A stretch of DNA of 64,000 nt from an uncultured Gammaproteobacteria bacterium. Its GTDB lineage: Bacteria; Pseudomonadota; Gammaproteobacteria; SZUA-229. The notes beneath the pieces are model-generated. The model was not told the origin of the DNA. It did no database searches and saw nothing but the letters and a program-made list of their open reading frames with translations. Positions 19,600 to 30,821 of this stretch are shown one piece after another (the stretch's first letter is position 1; each line of letters opens with the position of its first letter). The stretch lies in assembly GCA_963759005.1 (NCBI GenBank), contig CAVWXQ010000006.1, forward strand, positions 17,020-81,019. Direction: 5' to 3'. Made by a program: the position numbers and the translations under genes.

Positions 19600-21309
19600 T
19601 TATTTTTCTATTGCGTTAATCTCCGCTTCATCGTCATCGAAGGCCAGTTTAAGACCCAGTGAAACATGATGGAAGCGGCCTTTACTGTAATCATCGTGAA
19701 TCGCAAAGCCTATGTTATACCACTGATCAAGCTCCATACTGATGTCGCCGGCTTTATCTGAGGTGAGTTTTTTGATCAACTCAACCGTCCAGATACCGTC
19801 TTTAAGTTCACCAGTGAAGTTCACGCCCTGACCACCAGTCATTACCCGTTCTGCAAGTATGTAACCATCTTCGGATTCACCGGTGCCAGACTTGTAGCGC
19901 AACAGATCCATGAATGAACCATTCTCCAGTAAGGTCTGAATTTCAGCTTCTTCTTTCAGCTTGTCCCAGCCACCACGTTTCTTGCCGGCTTTACCTTCAA
20001 TTTCGATTTCGCTACGGCTTTCTTTCAGGTACTTGGTGAAACCAGCACTCAGGTCAAGTCGTTTCGACAACGGCCCGTTAAGGGCTGCATCGTCAGCCTT
20101 ATCTGGCATGTAGTTCAGATCGTGATGACATGACTGCCAGCAGCCGGCACGATCTGCAAATTCCACTTTATGATCGTCTTCACTGTCTGTGGTTAGCATG
20201 ATGGCCAGTTTGATCGGGTTCTCTGCATCCATTTTGCCGTCGTCTGCAAATGGGATGTCTGCATGTTCGCCATCTTGCCACTGAAACAGTATATACAGGT
20301 TGTCTGCATCATGCGCAGCTTTAACGTTGAGCATTATACTGCCTCGTTTACCCGGAATGGGTGTGGGTTCAAATTTTTCACCTGAAACGATTTTTTCGCC
20401 AAAATCTACTTCTTCGCCTTCATGGCAATCAAAGCAGCGGTTACCAGTAGTGAAGTCAGGTTTACCAGCATGTTCGCTGCCATTAAGTATCCATTCCAGC
20501 GAAGCCTGACCGGGGTAGAACAGGGTGACTTCACGAGCTTCTATGCCATTCCAGTCGATGTTTGAACCACCTGATACAGCAGGTTTGGCAGCCGCTGTTG
20601 GCTCAGCCTTATCTGCTGTGGCGGTTGCTGCTTCAGTTTTGACAGCACCTTCTTTGCTATCATTAGCAGTAACGAGTTTTTTACCGTTATCGATAAACGC
20701 CTGCCATTGTGGAGCGATAGGCCGTTTGTTTTCAGGATTGGGTCTGGATATTTCCTCTAATTCTTCTGCACTGAGCAGGTTATGAAATTTGCCATGCGCG
20801 ATGCCTTTATGACAGTCGATACAGGTATTGCCATTTTCCATCGCAGTAGCATGTTGTTTGCGTGAGCGTTTTTTCTGCTCCTGAGGGTTCATGAAATCGA
20901 AGTTATGGCAGTTTCTGCACTCACGTGAATCAGTATTTTTCATTGACTGCCAGACATTTTTCGCCATCTGTAAACGCTTTTTATCGTATTTTTCAGGGGT
21001 GTCAATGGAGCCGAGTATTTTGTGGAAGACTTCGTTACTGGCATGAATTTTACGCCTTACCTTGTGTATCCATTTACGGGGCACATGACAGTCGGAACAG
21101 GCGGCACGAACACCACTGCGGTTCGTGTAGTGAATGCTTTTCTGGTATGCATGAAAAATGTTTTCTTCCATTTCATGACATGAAATACAGAATTCGACCG
21201 AATTGCTCGCTTCCATTGCAGTATTAAAACTAGCCCAGAACATCGCGCCGACAATCATAAAAAACAGTGCAGCAACAAGCGAGGTTCCGAGTAGAACTTT
21301 GCGTGACAT
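19600..21309 (-). CDS. Membrane-anchored NapC/NirT-family multihaem cytochrome c with a large C-terminal extension (TorC-like)
   Basis: N-terminal TM helix, four CxxCH in NapC/NirT spacing (CISCH, CSDCH, CRNCH, CIDCH), a fifth CFDCH and an atypical CWQSCH (CX3CH). Confidence 0.8.
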   Translation of the reverse strand: MSRKVLLGTSLVAALFFMIVGAMFWASFNTAMEASNSVEFCISCHEMEENIFHAYQKSIHYTNRSGVRAACSDCHVPRKWIHKVRRKIHASNEVFHKILGSIDTPEKYDKKRLQMAKNVWQSMKNTDSRECRNCHNFDFMNPQEQKKRSRKQHATAMENGNTCIDCHKGIAHGKFHNLLSAEELEEISRPNPENKRPIAPQWQAFIDNGKKLVTANDSKEGAVKTEAATATADKAEPTAAAKPAVSGGSNIDWNGIEAREVTLFYPGQASLEWILNGSEHAGKPDFTTGNRCFDCHEGEEVDFGEKIVSGEKFEPTPIPGKRGSIMLNVKAAHDADNLYILFQWQDGEHADIPFADDGKMDAENPIKLAIMLTTDSEDDHKVEFADRAGCWQSCHHDLNYMPDKADDAALNGPLSKRLDLSAGFTKYLKESRSEIEIEGKAGKKRGGWDKLKEEAEIQTLLENGSFMDLLRYKSGTGESEDGYILAERVMTGGQGVNFTGELKDGIWTVELIKKLTSDKAGDISMELDQWYNIGFAIHDDYSKGRFHHVSLGLKLAFDDDEAEINAIEK

Positions 21310-21585
21310 TAAACCGACTTTCCTGGACGGATCAACCATGAATTATATTCACCCTGAAATAAATTCTTTTGTCTTGCGCAAGAAAACTGTTGTTAAGTCT
21401 TCTCCATAATTTTAATTATTTAAAAGATAGTCAGATATGCAATATCTATCCGCTTTCTATTTTTTTCCTGTTTCATAACCTGAAAAACTCTATACAACCA
21501 TTATGCACACATATGCTGCAGGAAAATTGATCAACGTCAAATAATTGGTTTTTTCTTAAGATATCTCTGATTTATACCTTTAGGT

Positions 21586-22815
21586 TTAACCAGAAAGTAA
21601 CTGAAACAGTAGCAGACTGATACTGGTAATGAATCCTGCGACTGGTATCCAGATAGAAATATTCAGAATACCCTCTACTGGTGGTTGAGTCCGTTTAATG
21701 GAAACCAGGGCGGCATTTACCAGGATAAAAACAATAAGTACCACGTAGCTGGTAGCTTTAGCCAGGGATTCCAAAGGGAACCATAATGCCAGGGCCATGA
21801 TGATCGCAATAACAAGTGAAGTTGCGACCACGGGAGTTTGTGTTTTATTATTGACTTTCGCCAGGCTCTTCCACATCCAGCCTTTTTTTGCCATGCCATA
21901 GAATATACGCGAAGCCATAATTATTTGAATAAGCGCACCATTTACGATGGCGACCATACCAATGATACTGATGATTTTCGGATTGATATTTGATGTTGCC
22001 GATAAGATGTCTGCCAGTGGTGCCTTGCTTGCAGAAAGTGTGTGTTGATCCAGCGCTAAAACTGCAACCAGTGTTACTGTCAGGTACATCACTATGGCAA
22101 TTAATAGTGCAAGTATAATACCGGCAGGCAAGGTGACTTGTGGATTTTTTACTTCTTCAGCGATATTCACCATATCCTCAAAGCCGATAAAAGCAAAAAA
22201 AGCAAGAAATGCACCGAGTAAAATTCCGTTCCAGGCAACGGATTGAAAAGGGGGGAGCAATAAATCAATCTGAGACGGCAGGTTACCCAGGGTGTCTTTA
22301 CCTGCCCAGATGATTAATAACAATCCGAATGTCTCAGCCACGGTCAGCAGGGCAGCAGCGGCAACCGACTGTGATATTCCCCATATAGCCAGTAAACCCA
22401 GAAGTAAAATAATGCCTGTGACAACCAGAAATTCAGAGGCCTGAAAAAAAGTAAAAAAATAGCCGTAAAAACCTCGTGAAATCGTTGCTGCGGACACCAT
22501 ACCGGCAATAGCAATTAACAGCCCGGTTAACCGTGATAAAGCGGATAGATGAAAACCTTCCTCAATATAGACAGCTTCTCCGGCAGATTGTGGATAACGT
22601 GCAGATAACTCACTATAAGAAAAGGCGCTGAAGCCGGCAACAATAGATGCAACTATAAATGCAACCGGGGCATACATCCCTGCTGCACCGGCTATCTTGC
22701 CGATTAATACGTAAATCCCGGCACCAAGAATATTCCCCAGGCCAAAAAATAGTAATAGCGGGAGACCAATTGTTCGCCTAAGTGCGATCACCGGTTTGTT
22801 TATGTGTTCATTCAT
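21586..22815 (-). CDS. APC-family amino acid permease
   Basis: Twelve TM segments and APC-like motifs. Confidence 0.75.
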   Translation of the reverse strand: MNEHINKPVIALRRTIGLPLLLFFGLGNILGAGIYVLIGKIAGAAGMYAPVAFIVASIVAGFSAFSYSELSARYPQSAGEAVYIEEGFHLSALSRLTGLLIAIAGMVSAATISRGFYGYFFTFFQASEFLVVTGIILLLGLLAIWGISQSVAAAALLTVAETFGLLLIIWAGKDTLGNLPSQIDLLLPPFQSVAWNGILLGAFLAFFAFIGFEDMVNIAEEVKNPQVTLPAGIILALLIAIVMYLTVTLVAVLALDQHTLSASKAPLADILSATSNINPKIISIIGMVAIVNGALIQIIMASRIFYGMAKKGWMWKSLAKVNNKTQTPVVATSLVIAIIMALALWFPLESLAKATSYVVLIVFILVNAALVSIKRTQPPVEGILNISIWIPVAGFITSISLLLFQLLSG

Positions 22816-23082
22816 CTGGTTATGTTTGCGCCCTGTCAAAGTGATGTACTTAATCCGTAATTATTACATCGATAGCACACCAGGGTTATTAAAAAAGGTA
22901 AAACCAGGTTTTAATAATTTGCGTTTATTGGTTAAAGTAGGCAGTGAAACATGTATCATACGAAGTTTGAAGAAAAGAAGTGACGTTATATCAAAACAAT
23001 TAGTTTGTGAGAACTTGCTACAAAGTTCTCAGAGTAGAATTAGGGGCACAAGCTATTAATAGCGGCGGCCTAAAGAAAACAG

Positions 23083-23424
23083 GTGGGTTTGATGTCAGAA
23101 ATAATTAATTTAGCAGAAAATATTATTAGCAGGGAAAACCGGGAGCAGTTAGCAAGTTTTGCTGGTCACACGATTGCTCACGGTCGAGCAACGCGGTGGC
23201 ACTGGGATAAAGCCGCCAATGGAGACGATTTTTTTGAGATATTCCGCGGTGGCGCAGACGAGGTGTTGGCGGTACGTATTAGCCGTGATCGAAAAATGGA
23301 TATCTTTAATGCGCATGATGTAACGGGTAAATTGATTGTGGCCGGTAAACTAGACCATGTTATGGCTGAGCTGGAACAGTATTTTATTCAACTGCATGGT
23401 GAGACACCTGATGCAACGGCTTAA
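23083..23424 (+). CDS. Hypothetical protein
   Basis: Open reading frame with an SD; no recognisable domain. Confidence 0.4.
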   Translation: MGLMSEIINLAENIISRENREQLASFAGHTIAHGRATRWHWDKAANGDDFFEIFRGGADEVLAVRISRDRKMDIFNAHDVTGKLIVAGKLDHVMAELEQYFIQLHGETPDATA

Positions 23425-23477
23425 TTAACACCGGTTAATTACCGAGGTTAATTACCAAAGTTAATTACCAAGCATAA

Positions 23478-23966
23478 TTACCAACGGGCATCTTCTATTA
23501 TGCCGCTTATTAAAGTAATGATTTCTTTGATGATAGCTTCAGATCCGGGTCGTCCAACGGGTACTCGATAAGAGACACGAACTATGCCCGGCTCGTTAGT
23601 AAGGCTATAGACGCTTATGGTAAATGGGCACAGGATAATATTATCCGGGTCCTGGCGTGCCAGCTTGTGGGAGATACTGGCGCTGCAAAACTCAAACGTT
23701 CTGGCGTTAGCGTAGGTATTGGTTTGATAGCCGTAAGCAGGTGCGGTGCGCTTTAACATCTCACTAGCAGGTAGCTCATGTGCAATACTTATGCCTTTGC
23801 CAATAATCGCAGTACGGATGTTATTGGCGATGTCATGATAATCCCCCTCAATTCTGCTGGTAACCACGGGGTCATTTGTCGCAACAGCAGCGAGGGAGGT
23901 TAATGATAATAGGGTAAAGAGCAATAGTTGTTTCCAAATTGATCTGGCAGTATTTAAATTTGACAT
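23478..23966 (-). CDS. Hypothetical secreted protein (DUF302-like)
   Basis: Signal peptide. Confidence 0.4.
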   Translation of the reverse strand: MSNLNTARSIWKQLLLFTLLSLTSLAAVATNDPVVTSRIEGDYHDIANNIRTAIIGKGISIAHELPASEMLKRTAPAYGYQTNTYANARTFEFCSASISHKLARQDPDNIILCPFTISVYSLTNEPGIVRVSYRVPVGRPGSEAIIKEIITLISGIIEDARW

Positions 23967-24418
23967 GTTTGTCCCTTCTTAAGGTTTATGGAGCCGCTGA
24001 TTGATTAATTTTAATGCATTTATGTGTATCCGGTCACTGAAAAATTATCTACAGGTTTGTACGTAATTAGCAGAAGATCATACGAAGCATATCTGCATCA
24101 ATAACACGATAACCTTTTTTAATGCCTGATCGTTTTCAGGTATTAAGGAGCTGGAAGAGGGTAGCCAGGCGCAAGTTGAAACTGTGCCAGGTGAAATAAC
24201 CCAAGTATTGTTATCAGGTATTGTTACTAGCGGCAGAGAAGCGCGAGGGTTGTGTAGAATCAGACGAAAATAATAGTTGAGCAGTGTGGATAGTATTCGA
24301 TGATGCTATCACGAGAAATGAATAATGTTATTTTTCTATTATTCTGTGTTTGTGTGAAATTAATCGGAATTGCCCTAAAGAAAAAGCCATCCATGGCAAG
24401 CAGGAGTCCATTCTGTCA

Positions 24419-24625
24419 GCTATGACCTGATCTAGAATACGAACTGTGTCTGCAGAAACACTTCGTCTTCGTCTTTGTTTTCAACACCGTCAAGGTTCTC
24501 ACCCATTCTGTAAGTTAACTGTACTTTGGTATCATGTTTATTGATGAACCAGTTAGCACCTACTGAAGTACGATCCCATGATGTGGCATAACCATCAGCG
24601 TCCTGTGTCTGGTAACCGGCTACAA
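24419..24625 (-). pseudogene. Remnant of a phosphate-selective porin O/P gene; only the C-terminal roughly 68 codons remain
   Basis: The reverse complement reads ...NWFINKHDTKVQLTYRMGENLD...QTQFVF*. The C-terminal Phe is typical of outer-membrane proteins and the sequence resembles OprO/OprP. No start or upstream ORF. Confidence 0.55.
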
Positions 24626-25287
24626 TTTCGATAGTATTTATTTATCATGTAGCCACCTTACTATTACCTCTTAAACTGGATTTACCATAACTTTTTATCT
24701 TTCTTGTACAAAAGCATTCAGCAGCCGATTTCATTAGATACATCAGTAATGTCAGTGCTTATCTCAAATCCAGTCGGCATAAATAATGCCTGTGACTGGC
24801 CAGATAAAACCAGAAGAAGGGTTGCAATAAAAAGTCTAATTAATTTCATAATCGGGCTCGTTTTTTTGTGGTTGTTAAGTATGGTTGTTAATTATGGATG
24901 TTAGTTATTAAAGAGCAAAAGCTGTGCCAGAAAAATAAGTTTATTCCCGACCGTTAGTTAAATGCGCTGGTGATACCTGGAAGCCATTTATAAGGGTATA
25001 TGGCTGATTTTGACTATTACTCATATTGGCCATTATTAAAACAACTGTTGAAACATAGACAAGTGGCGATTAAATAAACGTCAGATTTCGGTCAAAACTG
25101 CCATTAATATGACAGTAGCTAGCTATCGTAGCGACCTGTGAATGACTGTTCTGTATTGGTGACAGGCTACGCACTAAATGCAATCACAGGCAACGTCATG
25201 CCATGAACACTGATATGTTGTACAAATGGCCTGTTCAGGGTGCATGGCGTAACCTGCTGCATGGTTTTTATGTATAAGTTCATCAAA

Positions 25288-25317
25288 TTGTCACATTCTG
25301 TAATAACTTTGTAACAT
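25288..25317 (+). promoter_or_regulatory. Pho-box-like triple direct repeat upstream of pstC
   Basis: TTGTCAC-ATT-CTGTAAT-AACT-TTGTAAC at 10 to 11 bp spacing. It shares TGTAATAACT with the site upstream of pstS. Confidence 0.45.
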
Positions 25318-25407
25318 CGCGTCTATAAACTTCGCGCATGAAAGATCAATCCTTACAAAAGCGATATAACCAGCGGAGCACTAAAAGACCGGCTAACACG
25401 GTATTTT

Positions 25408-27537
25408 GTGGCCGCAGGCGGTATTAGTGTTATTGTCGCTATATTATTGATTTTCTTTTATTTGTTGTACGTTGTTATACCGATGTTTGGTTCGGCTGAA
25501 ATAAAAGAGAAGGTGACGTATACGGCTTCTGCTGAAGCTAGAACATTACATCTCGGGCTTGAAGAGCAGGGTACCATTGGTGTCAGATTTACCGATAATG
25601 CTCACGTTATTTTCTTTAATACCGAAACTGGCGACACCGTTGCTGATGAATTTTTAGATCTTCCGGCAAAGATAAGCAGTGTGGGATCGAATCTGAATAT
25701 TGTCGTGTTAGGTCTTGAAAACGGCTCGGCCCTGGCAGTGCGCTATAAATTCGATTTAAGTTACCCTGATGATGTTCGTGTGCTTACGCCCAGGCTTGAA
25801 TTCCCGTTAGGTGAAGAGCCTTTGTCGCTGGATGAGTCTGGACATGCACTGGCACAGATCGCCATTCAGCTGAGTGAAAATGTTGTCGGTCTGGGGGCAA
25901 AAACAGTCGACCACCGTTTAGTGTTTGCACGTTACCTACGCGAAGAGTCTTTCATTAGTGGCGAGATCACTATTGAACTTGAGTCACGGTCCGAGCTGGA
26001 ATTTGAAGGTAAAATTAGTTCGATTGCCTTGTCTCCCGGACTGGATCACCTTTATGCGGCGGCTGAAGATGGGATTCTGGTAGATTATTCGCTTGATGAA
26101 GATGGTGCTGATGGCGTAGCTAAAGAGTATAAATTTAAACACGAAATCAGTCATCTTAAAATGCTATTGGGCGGTTCTTCATTACTGGTTGGGCTGGAGA
26201 ATGGCGAAGTTCAGCAATGGATGTCAGTACGAAAAGAAGGTGGCAGAGAATTAACATTCATCCGCAACTTTCATGAAAGTAATAACCCGGTTACTTATAT
26301 TGCAACTGAGCAGCAGCGTAAAGGTTTTGCGGTGGCTGACACAACTGGTCAGATTACGCTTTTTTATTCTACCTCGCAAAGAACGCTGGCGAACATCAAT
26401 ACTGCAAATGCTTCGATTGAACAAATGGCGTGGTCAGCTCGCGCTCAAAACCTGCTGGTTGTCGACAGTTCGAATAAGATACATTTTTATGATGTTCATA
26501 ATGAGTATCCAGAAGTATCATGGGATGTACTGTGGGGGAAAATCTGGTACGAGGGTTATGATGAACCGGATTATATCTGGCAGTCATCTGCTTCTACCAA
26601 TGAGTTTGAGCCCAAATACAGTTTAATGCCGCTTGCCTTCGGCACGATCAAAGCCGCTTTTTATGCGATGATTTTTGCTGTGCCTATCGCTATTTTTGGT
26701 GCCATGTTTACCGCTCAGTTTATGGCGCCGCGTATGCGCCAGACAGTTAAACCGGCAATTGAAATAATGGAAGCACTGCCAACCGTTATTCTTGGTTTTC
26801 TCGCGGGCCTGTGGCTGGCGCCGTATGTTGAAACACATCTTGCCGGTATTTTTACGATGCTACTGATATTGCCTGCAAGTTTTATATTATGTGCTTGGCT
26901 TTGGGGATATGTTCCCGGCAAATCAAAATTCGAAGGCTGGGAAGCAGCGTTATTAATTCCGGTAGTATTAGTTCTCATCTGGATTTCATCAAATCTAAGT
27001 TCACCTATTGAATCACTGTTTTTTGACGGCGATCTACGCTCCTACATGAGCAATGAATGGGGGCTTAACTATGATCAGCGCAACGCACTGGTAGTGGGTT
27101 TGATTATGGGTTTTGCTGTTATTCCTACCATATTCTCTATTGCAGAAGATGCACTATTTGGTGTGCCGCAACACCTGGTACGTGGCTCACTGGCACTTGG
27201 TGCAACACGCTGGCAAACCATGACAAGTGTTGTTTTGCCTGCGGCTAGTCCAGGTATATTTTCTGCAGTAATGATGGGTTTTGGTCGCGCTGTGGGTGAA
27301 ACCATGATCGTATTAATGGCGACAGGTAATACGCCATTAATGGACATGAGTTTGTTCCAGGGCATGCGTACACTTGCCGCAAATCTTGCAGTAGAAGTAC
27401 CGGAAGCCGAGGTTTTTAGTACGCACTATCGCGTTTTGTTCCTGGCTGCACTTGTATTGTTTATCTTTACTTTTGTGTTTAATACATTAGCCGAGATAAT
27501 TCGTCATCGATTACGTGAAAGGTATAGCGGCTTATGA
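25408..27537 (+). CDS. pstC: Phosphate ABC transporter permease PstC, long form
   Basis: The EAA-loop region is conserved. The N-terminus appears to begin at ATG 25338 in another frame (MKDQSLQKRYNQRS..), which implies a +1 shift near the A4 run at 25383. Confidence 0.85.
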   Translation: MAAGGISVIVAILLIFFYLLYVVIPMFGSAEIKEKVTYTASAEARTLHLGLEEQGTIGVRFTDNAHVIFFNTETGDTVADEFLDLPAKISSVGSNLNIVVLGLENGSALAVRYKFDLSYPDDVRVLTPRLEFPLGEEPLSLDESGHALAQIAIQLSENVVGLGAKTVDHRLVFARYLREESFISGEITIELESRSELEFEGKISSIALSPGLDHLYAAAEDGILVDYSLDEDGADGVAKEYKFKHEISHLKMLLGGSSLLVGLENGEVQQWMSVRKEGGRELTFIRNFHESNNPVTYIATEQQRKGFAVADTTGQITLFYSTSQRTLANINTANASIEQMAWSARAQNLLVVDSSNKIHFYDVHNEYPEVSWDVLWGKIWYEGYDEPDYIWQSSASTNEFEPKYSLMPLAFGTIKAAFYAMIFAVPIAIFGAMFTAQFMAPRMRQTVKPAIEIMEALPTVILGFLAGLWLAPYVETHLAGIFTMLLILPASFILCAWLWGYVPGKSKFEGWEAALLIPVVLVLIWISSNLSSPIESLFFDGDLRSYMSNEWGLNYDQRNALVVGLIMGFAVIPTIFSIAEDALFGVPQHLVRGSLALGATRWQTMTSVVLPAASPGIFSAVMMGFGRAVGETMIVLMATGNTPLMDMSLFQGMRTLAANLAVEVPEAEVFSTHYRVLFLAALVLFIFTFVFNTLAEIIRHRLRERYSGL

Positions 27538-29198
27538 TGCGGCAGAAAGTGAGTTTGTGGTTTAAAAGTGGTACGCCGTGGATCTGGTTAAATGCAGGGG
27601 CAATTTCAATTGCGCTGGTTGCGGTGTTTGGATTGTTACTTTTAATTATATTTCGTGGTATGAGCCATTTTTGGCCAGCGAATATTGAAGCGTTTTATTA
27701 TGACAATAATGAAAACGCAGTCACCATCATTGCGGAAATTATTGAATCTGAAGCAGTGCCGGTTGATTCGCTTCATGATATTGACAATGCGCAGGGTGAT
27801 GCAGACGGTAATGTAACTCGCTACCTTGTAAAAACCGGTAATCGCGATATTCTCGGTAGTGATTTTAGGTGGTTATACGATATTGATCTGATCAATCGTG
27901 AGCGGCCGGAAAACCTGATGGCGTTAGAGCGTATAGAGTGGGGTAACTTTTACGGTTATTTAAATGCAGTGTATGAAAATGGCGTGTTAGTAACAAGTGG
28001 GGAAGCAGCCTGGCCAGAATTTATTAAACGCCTGCAAAGAACCATCGAAATACGTGAGCAATTGTTACAGCTTGAGCAGGGCGACATTGGTGCGATTAAC
28101 TATAAGCTGGAACGGCTGCGCTTAAAAGAAAAACGCTTACAGATGGATGATAAGTTAACTAATGAAGCCATTGAAAATTTAACAAAGAAACGTAAGCAGT
28201 TAGATCTGGAATATAAGGTGTTATTAAAAGAGACTAAAAAACTCTATACAGAAATTAACCGTGACTCAATTCGAGCTACTGTAATGGACGGCACTGAAGT
28301 ACTTGTGCCGCTGGAAAAAATTGTAAAAGCCTGGCAGCCAAATAAAATGTCTTTGCCAGATAAGCTGGGTTTCTATATGCTTTCGCTGTGGGACTTTATT
28401 ACAGATGATCCACGTGAAGCCAATACGGAAGGTGGTATATTCCCGGCCATTTTTGGTACCGTCATGATGGTGATGTTAATGGCCATATTAGTTACGCCCT
28501 TTGGTGTTATTGCGGCTGTCTATCTGCGTGAATATGCGAGACAGGGTGCACTCATTCGAATCATCCGCATTGCAGTTAATAACCTCGCCGGTGTGCCTTC
28601 CATTGTTTATGGGGTATTTGGCCTGGGTTTCTTTGTGTATTTTCTCGGCGGTAATATTGATGCACTATTTTTTCCGGAAGCCTTACCCGGGCCTACATTT
28701 GGTACCCCGGGGTTATTGTGGTCGTCACTGACACTGGCGTTGCTGACATTGCCAGTAGTAATTGTAGCGACTGAAGAAGGTTTGTCACGTATACCAAGAA
28801 GTCTGCGTGAAGGTAGCCTGGCGCTGGGTGCGACAAAAGCAGAAACACTCTGGCGTGTGGTCTTACCGATGGCAAGCCCGGCAATTATGACAGGACTGAT
28901 TTTAGCGGTGGCGCGTGCTGCCGGTGAAGTTGCTCCACTCATGCTGGTTGGTGTCGTCAAGCTGGCGCCGAGCCTGCCGCTGGATGGTAATTTCCCCTTC
29001 CTGCACCTCGATCGAAAATTTATGCATCTTGGCTTTCATATTTATGATGTGGGTTTTCAAAGCCCCAATGTAGAAGCCGCCAGACCACTGGTCTATGCGA
29101 CTTCATTCCTGCTGGTTGTTGTTATTGTGACACTTAATTTAACGGCCATTAATTTACGAAACAGGTTGCGTGAAAAATACCGCGCACTAGATAACTAA
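27534..29198 (+). CDS. pstA: Phosphate ABC transporter permease PstA, long form
   Basis: PstA motifs; overlaps the pstC stop. Confidence 0.9.
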   Translation: MMRQKVSLWFKSGTPWIWLNAGAISIALVAVFGLLLLIIFRGMSHFWPANIEAFYYDNNENAVTIIAEIIESEAVPVDSLHDIDNAQGDADGNVTRYLVKTGNRDILGSDFRWLYDIDLINRERPENLMALERIEWGNFYGYLNAVYENGVLVTSGEAAWPEFIKRLQRTIEIREQLLQLEQGDIGAINYKLERLRLKEKRLQMDDKLTNEAIENLTKKRKQLDLEYKVLLKETKKLYTEINRDSIRATVMDGTEVLVPLEKIVKAWQPNKMSLPDKLGFYMLSLWDFITDDPREANTEGGIFPAIFGTVMMVMLMAILVTPFGVIAAVYLREYARQGALIRIIRIAVNNLAGVPSIVYGVFGLGFFVYFLGGNIDALFFPEALPGPTFGTPGLLWSSLTLALLTLPVVIVATEEGLSRIPRSLREGSLALGATKAETLWRVVLPMASPAIMTGLILAVARAAGEVAPLMLVGVVKLAPSLPLDGNFPFLHLDRKFMHLGFHIYDVGFQSPNVEAARPLVYATSFLLVVVIVTLNLTAINLRNRLREKYRALDN

Positions 29199-30034
29199 TG
29201 TTGAATGTAATTATGAGTGAATCTATCACAACAAACATTGATCCTTCGTTACTTTCCGGTTCTAATAAAACTGAGAAAAGTGAAGTATGTCTGGATGTAC
29301 ATAATCTGAATTTATTTTACGGTGAAGCACAGGCATTAACCGATATAAGTTTTCAAATGAAAAAAAATCGCGTGACTGCATTTATCGGCCCCAGTGGTTG
29401 CGGTAAATCAACATTGCTGCGTTGTTTTAATCGCATGAATGATCTTGTTGATAGTGTCCGCGTTGAAGGTGAAATTATCCTTGATGGAAATAATATCTAT
29501 GCACCAGATGTTGATGTTACTTCACTTCGCCAGCGTGTAGGCATGGTTTTTCAAAAACCAAATCCGTTTCCTATGAGTGTATTTGAAAATGTTGCTTATG
29601 GCTTACGACTGCAAGGTATTAATAAACGCAGAGTCCTGGAAGAAAAAGTGGAGTGGGCATTGAAAGCTGCTGCTTTATGGAATGAAGTGAAGGATCGTCT
29701 GGACGAAAGCGCACTGGGTTTGTCCGGTGGCCAGCAACAGCGCCTGGTGATTGCGCGTGCTATTGCTATTGAACCGGAAATTTTATTACTGGATGAGCCG
29801 GCTTCAGCGCTTGATCCCATCTCAACCTTAAAAATTGAAGAGCTGATATACGAATTGAAATCGCAGTACACTATTCTTATTGTTACTCATAATATGCAAC
29901 AGGCGGCGCGTGTCTCTGATGAAACTGCCTTTATGTATATGGGTGAAATGATTGAGTTTGGCCAGACTAATACGATATTTACCAACCCTGATAAAAAGCA
30001 AACCGAAGACTATATCACTGGTCGTTATGGCTAA
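29198..30034 (+). CDS. pstB: Phosphate ABC transporter ATP-binding protein
   Basis: Walker [10 protein letters not shown], signature LSGGQQQR, Walker B LLLDEP. Confidence 0.95.
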   Translation: MLNVIMSESITTNIDPSLLSGSNKTEKSEVCLDVHNLNLFYGEAQALTDISFQMKKNRVTAFIGPSGCGKSTLLRCFNRMNDLVDSVRVEGEIILDGNNIYAPDVDVTSLRQRVGMVFQKPNPFPMSVFENVAYGLRLQGINKRRVLEEKVEWALKAAALWNEVKDRLDESALGLSGGQQQRLVIARAIAIEPEILLLDEPASALDPISTLKIEELIYELKSQYTILIVTHNMQQAARVSDETAFMYMGEMIEFGQTNTIFTNPDKKQTEDYITGRYG

Positions 30035-30104
30035 GTATACGATTTAGGCATACAACATAAATCATACGATCAGTAATATTCGACTAAAGCAAAGAGGTTT
30101 ATAT

Positions 30105-30821
30105 ATGGATACCAGTAAGACAAGTCAGCACATATCTCAACAATTTGATGAAGAAATGGAAGCGCTTCGCAACCAGGTTTTAAAAATGGGCGGTTTGGTT
30201 GAGCAGCAAATTAAAGGTGCTATCGAAGCCTTACAGGACACAAATGCGCAAGGTGCTGAAAAGATTATTCTTAGAGATCATAAAGTCAACTCACTTGAGG
30301 TTGCTATTGATGAAGCCTGTACGCAAATACTGGCAAGACGCCAACCTGCGGCCTCTGATTTAAGAATGGTCATCGCCGTTATTAAAACCATTACCGATCT
30401 TGAACGTATTGGCGATGAAGCAGAAAGAATTGCAAAAATGGCACTAAATCTTGCTGAAGATGACGCTGGTTTTCATAGCCGTTATGCTGGTATACGCCAT
30501 CTTGGCGATCAGGTGAAACGCATGGTGCATGATGTGCTGGATGCTTATGCTCGACTGGATGTTGATGCAGCAATTAAAGTGGTTCGTGATGATGATGATG
30601 CAGATAAGGAATATCAGGACCTTATTCGCATGTTAATTACCTACATGATGGAAGACCCAAGAACGATTTCTGAAGTACTTGATGTGATCTGGGCTGCGCG
30701 CGCATTGGAGCGGATTGGCGACCATGCAAAAAACATTGCTGAATATGTAATTTACCTGGTGAAGGGTAAAGATATACGGCATCTCGATTTAGATGAAGTT
30801 GAAAAAGATATATTGTCATGA
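30105..30821 (+). CDS. phoU: Phosphate signalling complex protein PhoU
   Basis: Two PhoU repeats (...ERIGD.A..IA). Confidence 0.9.
   Translation: MDTSKTSQHISQQFDEEMEALRNQVLKMGGLVEQQIKGAIEALQDTNAQGAEKIILRDHKVNSLEVAIDEACTQILARRQPAASDLRMVIAVIKTITDLERIGDEAERIAKMALNLAEDDAGFHSRYAGIRHLGDQVKRMVHDVLDAYARLDVDAAIKVVRDDDDADKEYQDLIRMLITYMMEDPRTISEVLDVIWAARALERIGDHAKNIAEYVIYLVKGKDIRHLDLDEVEKDILS

Noticed and set aside
24704-24904. 66-aa ORF.
   Set aside because: No SD and no conservation signal. It lies in the remnant region next to the porin fragment.
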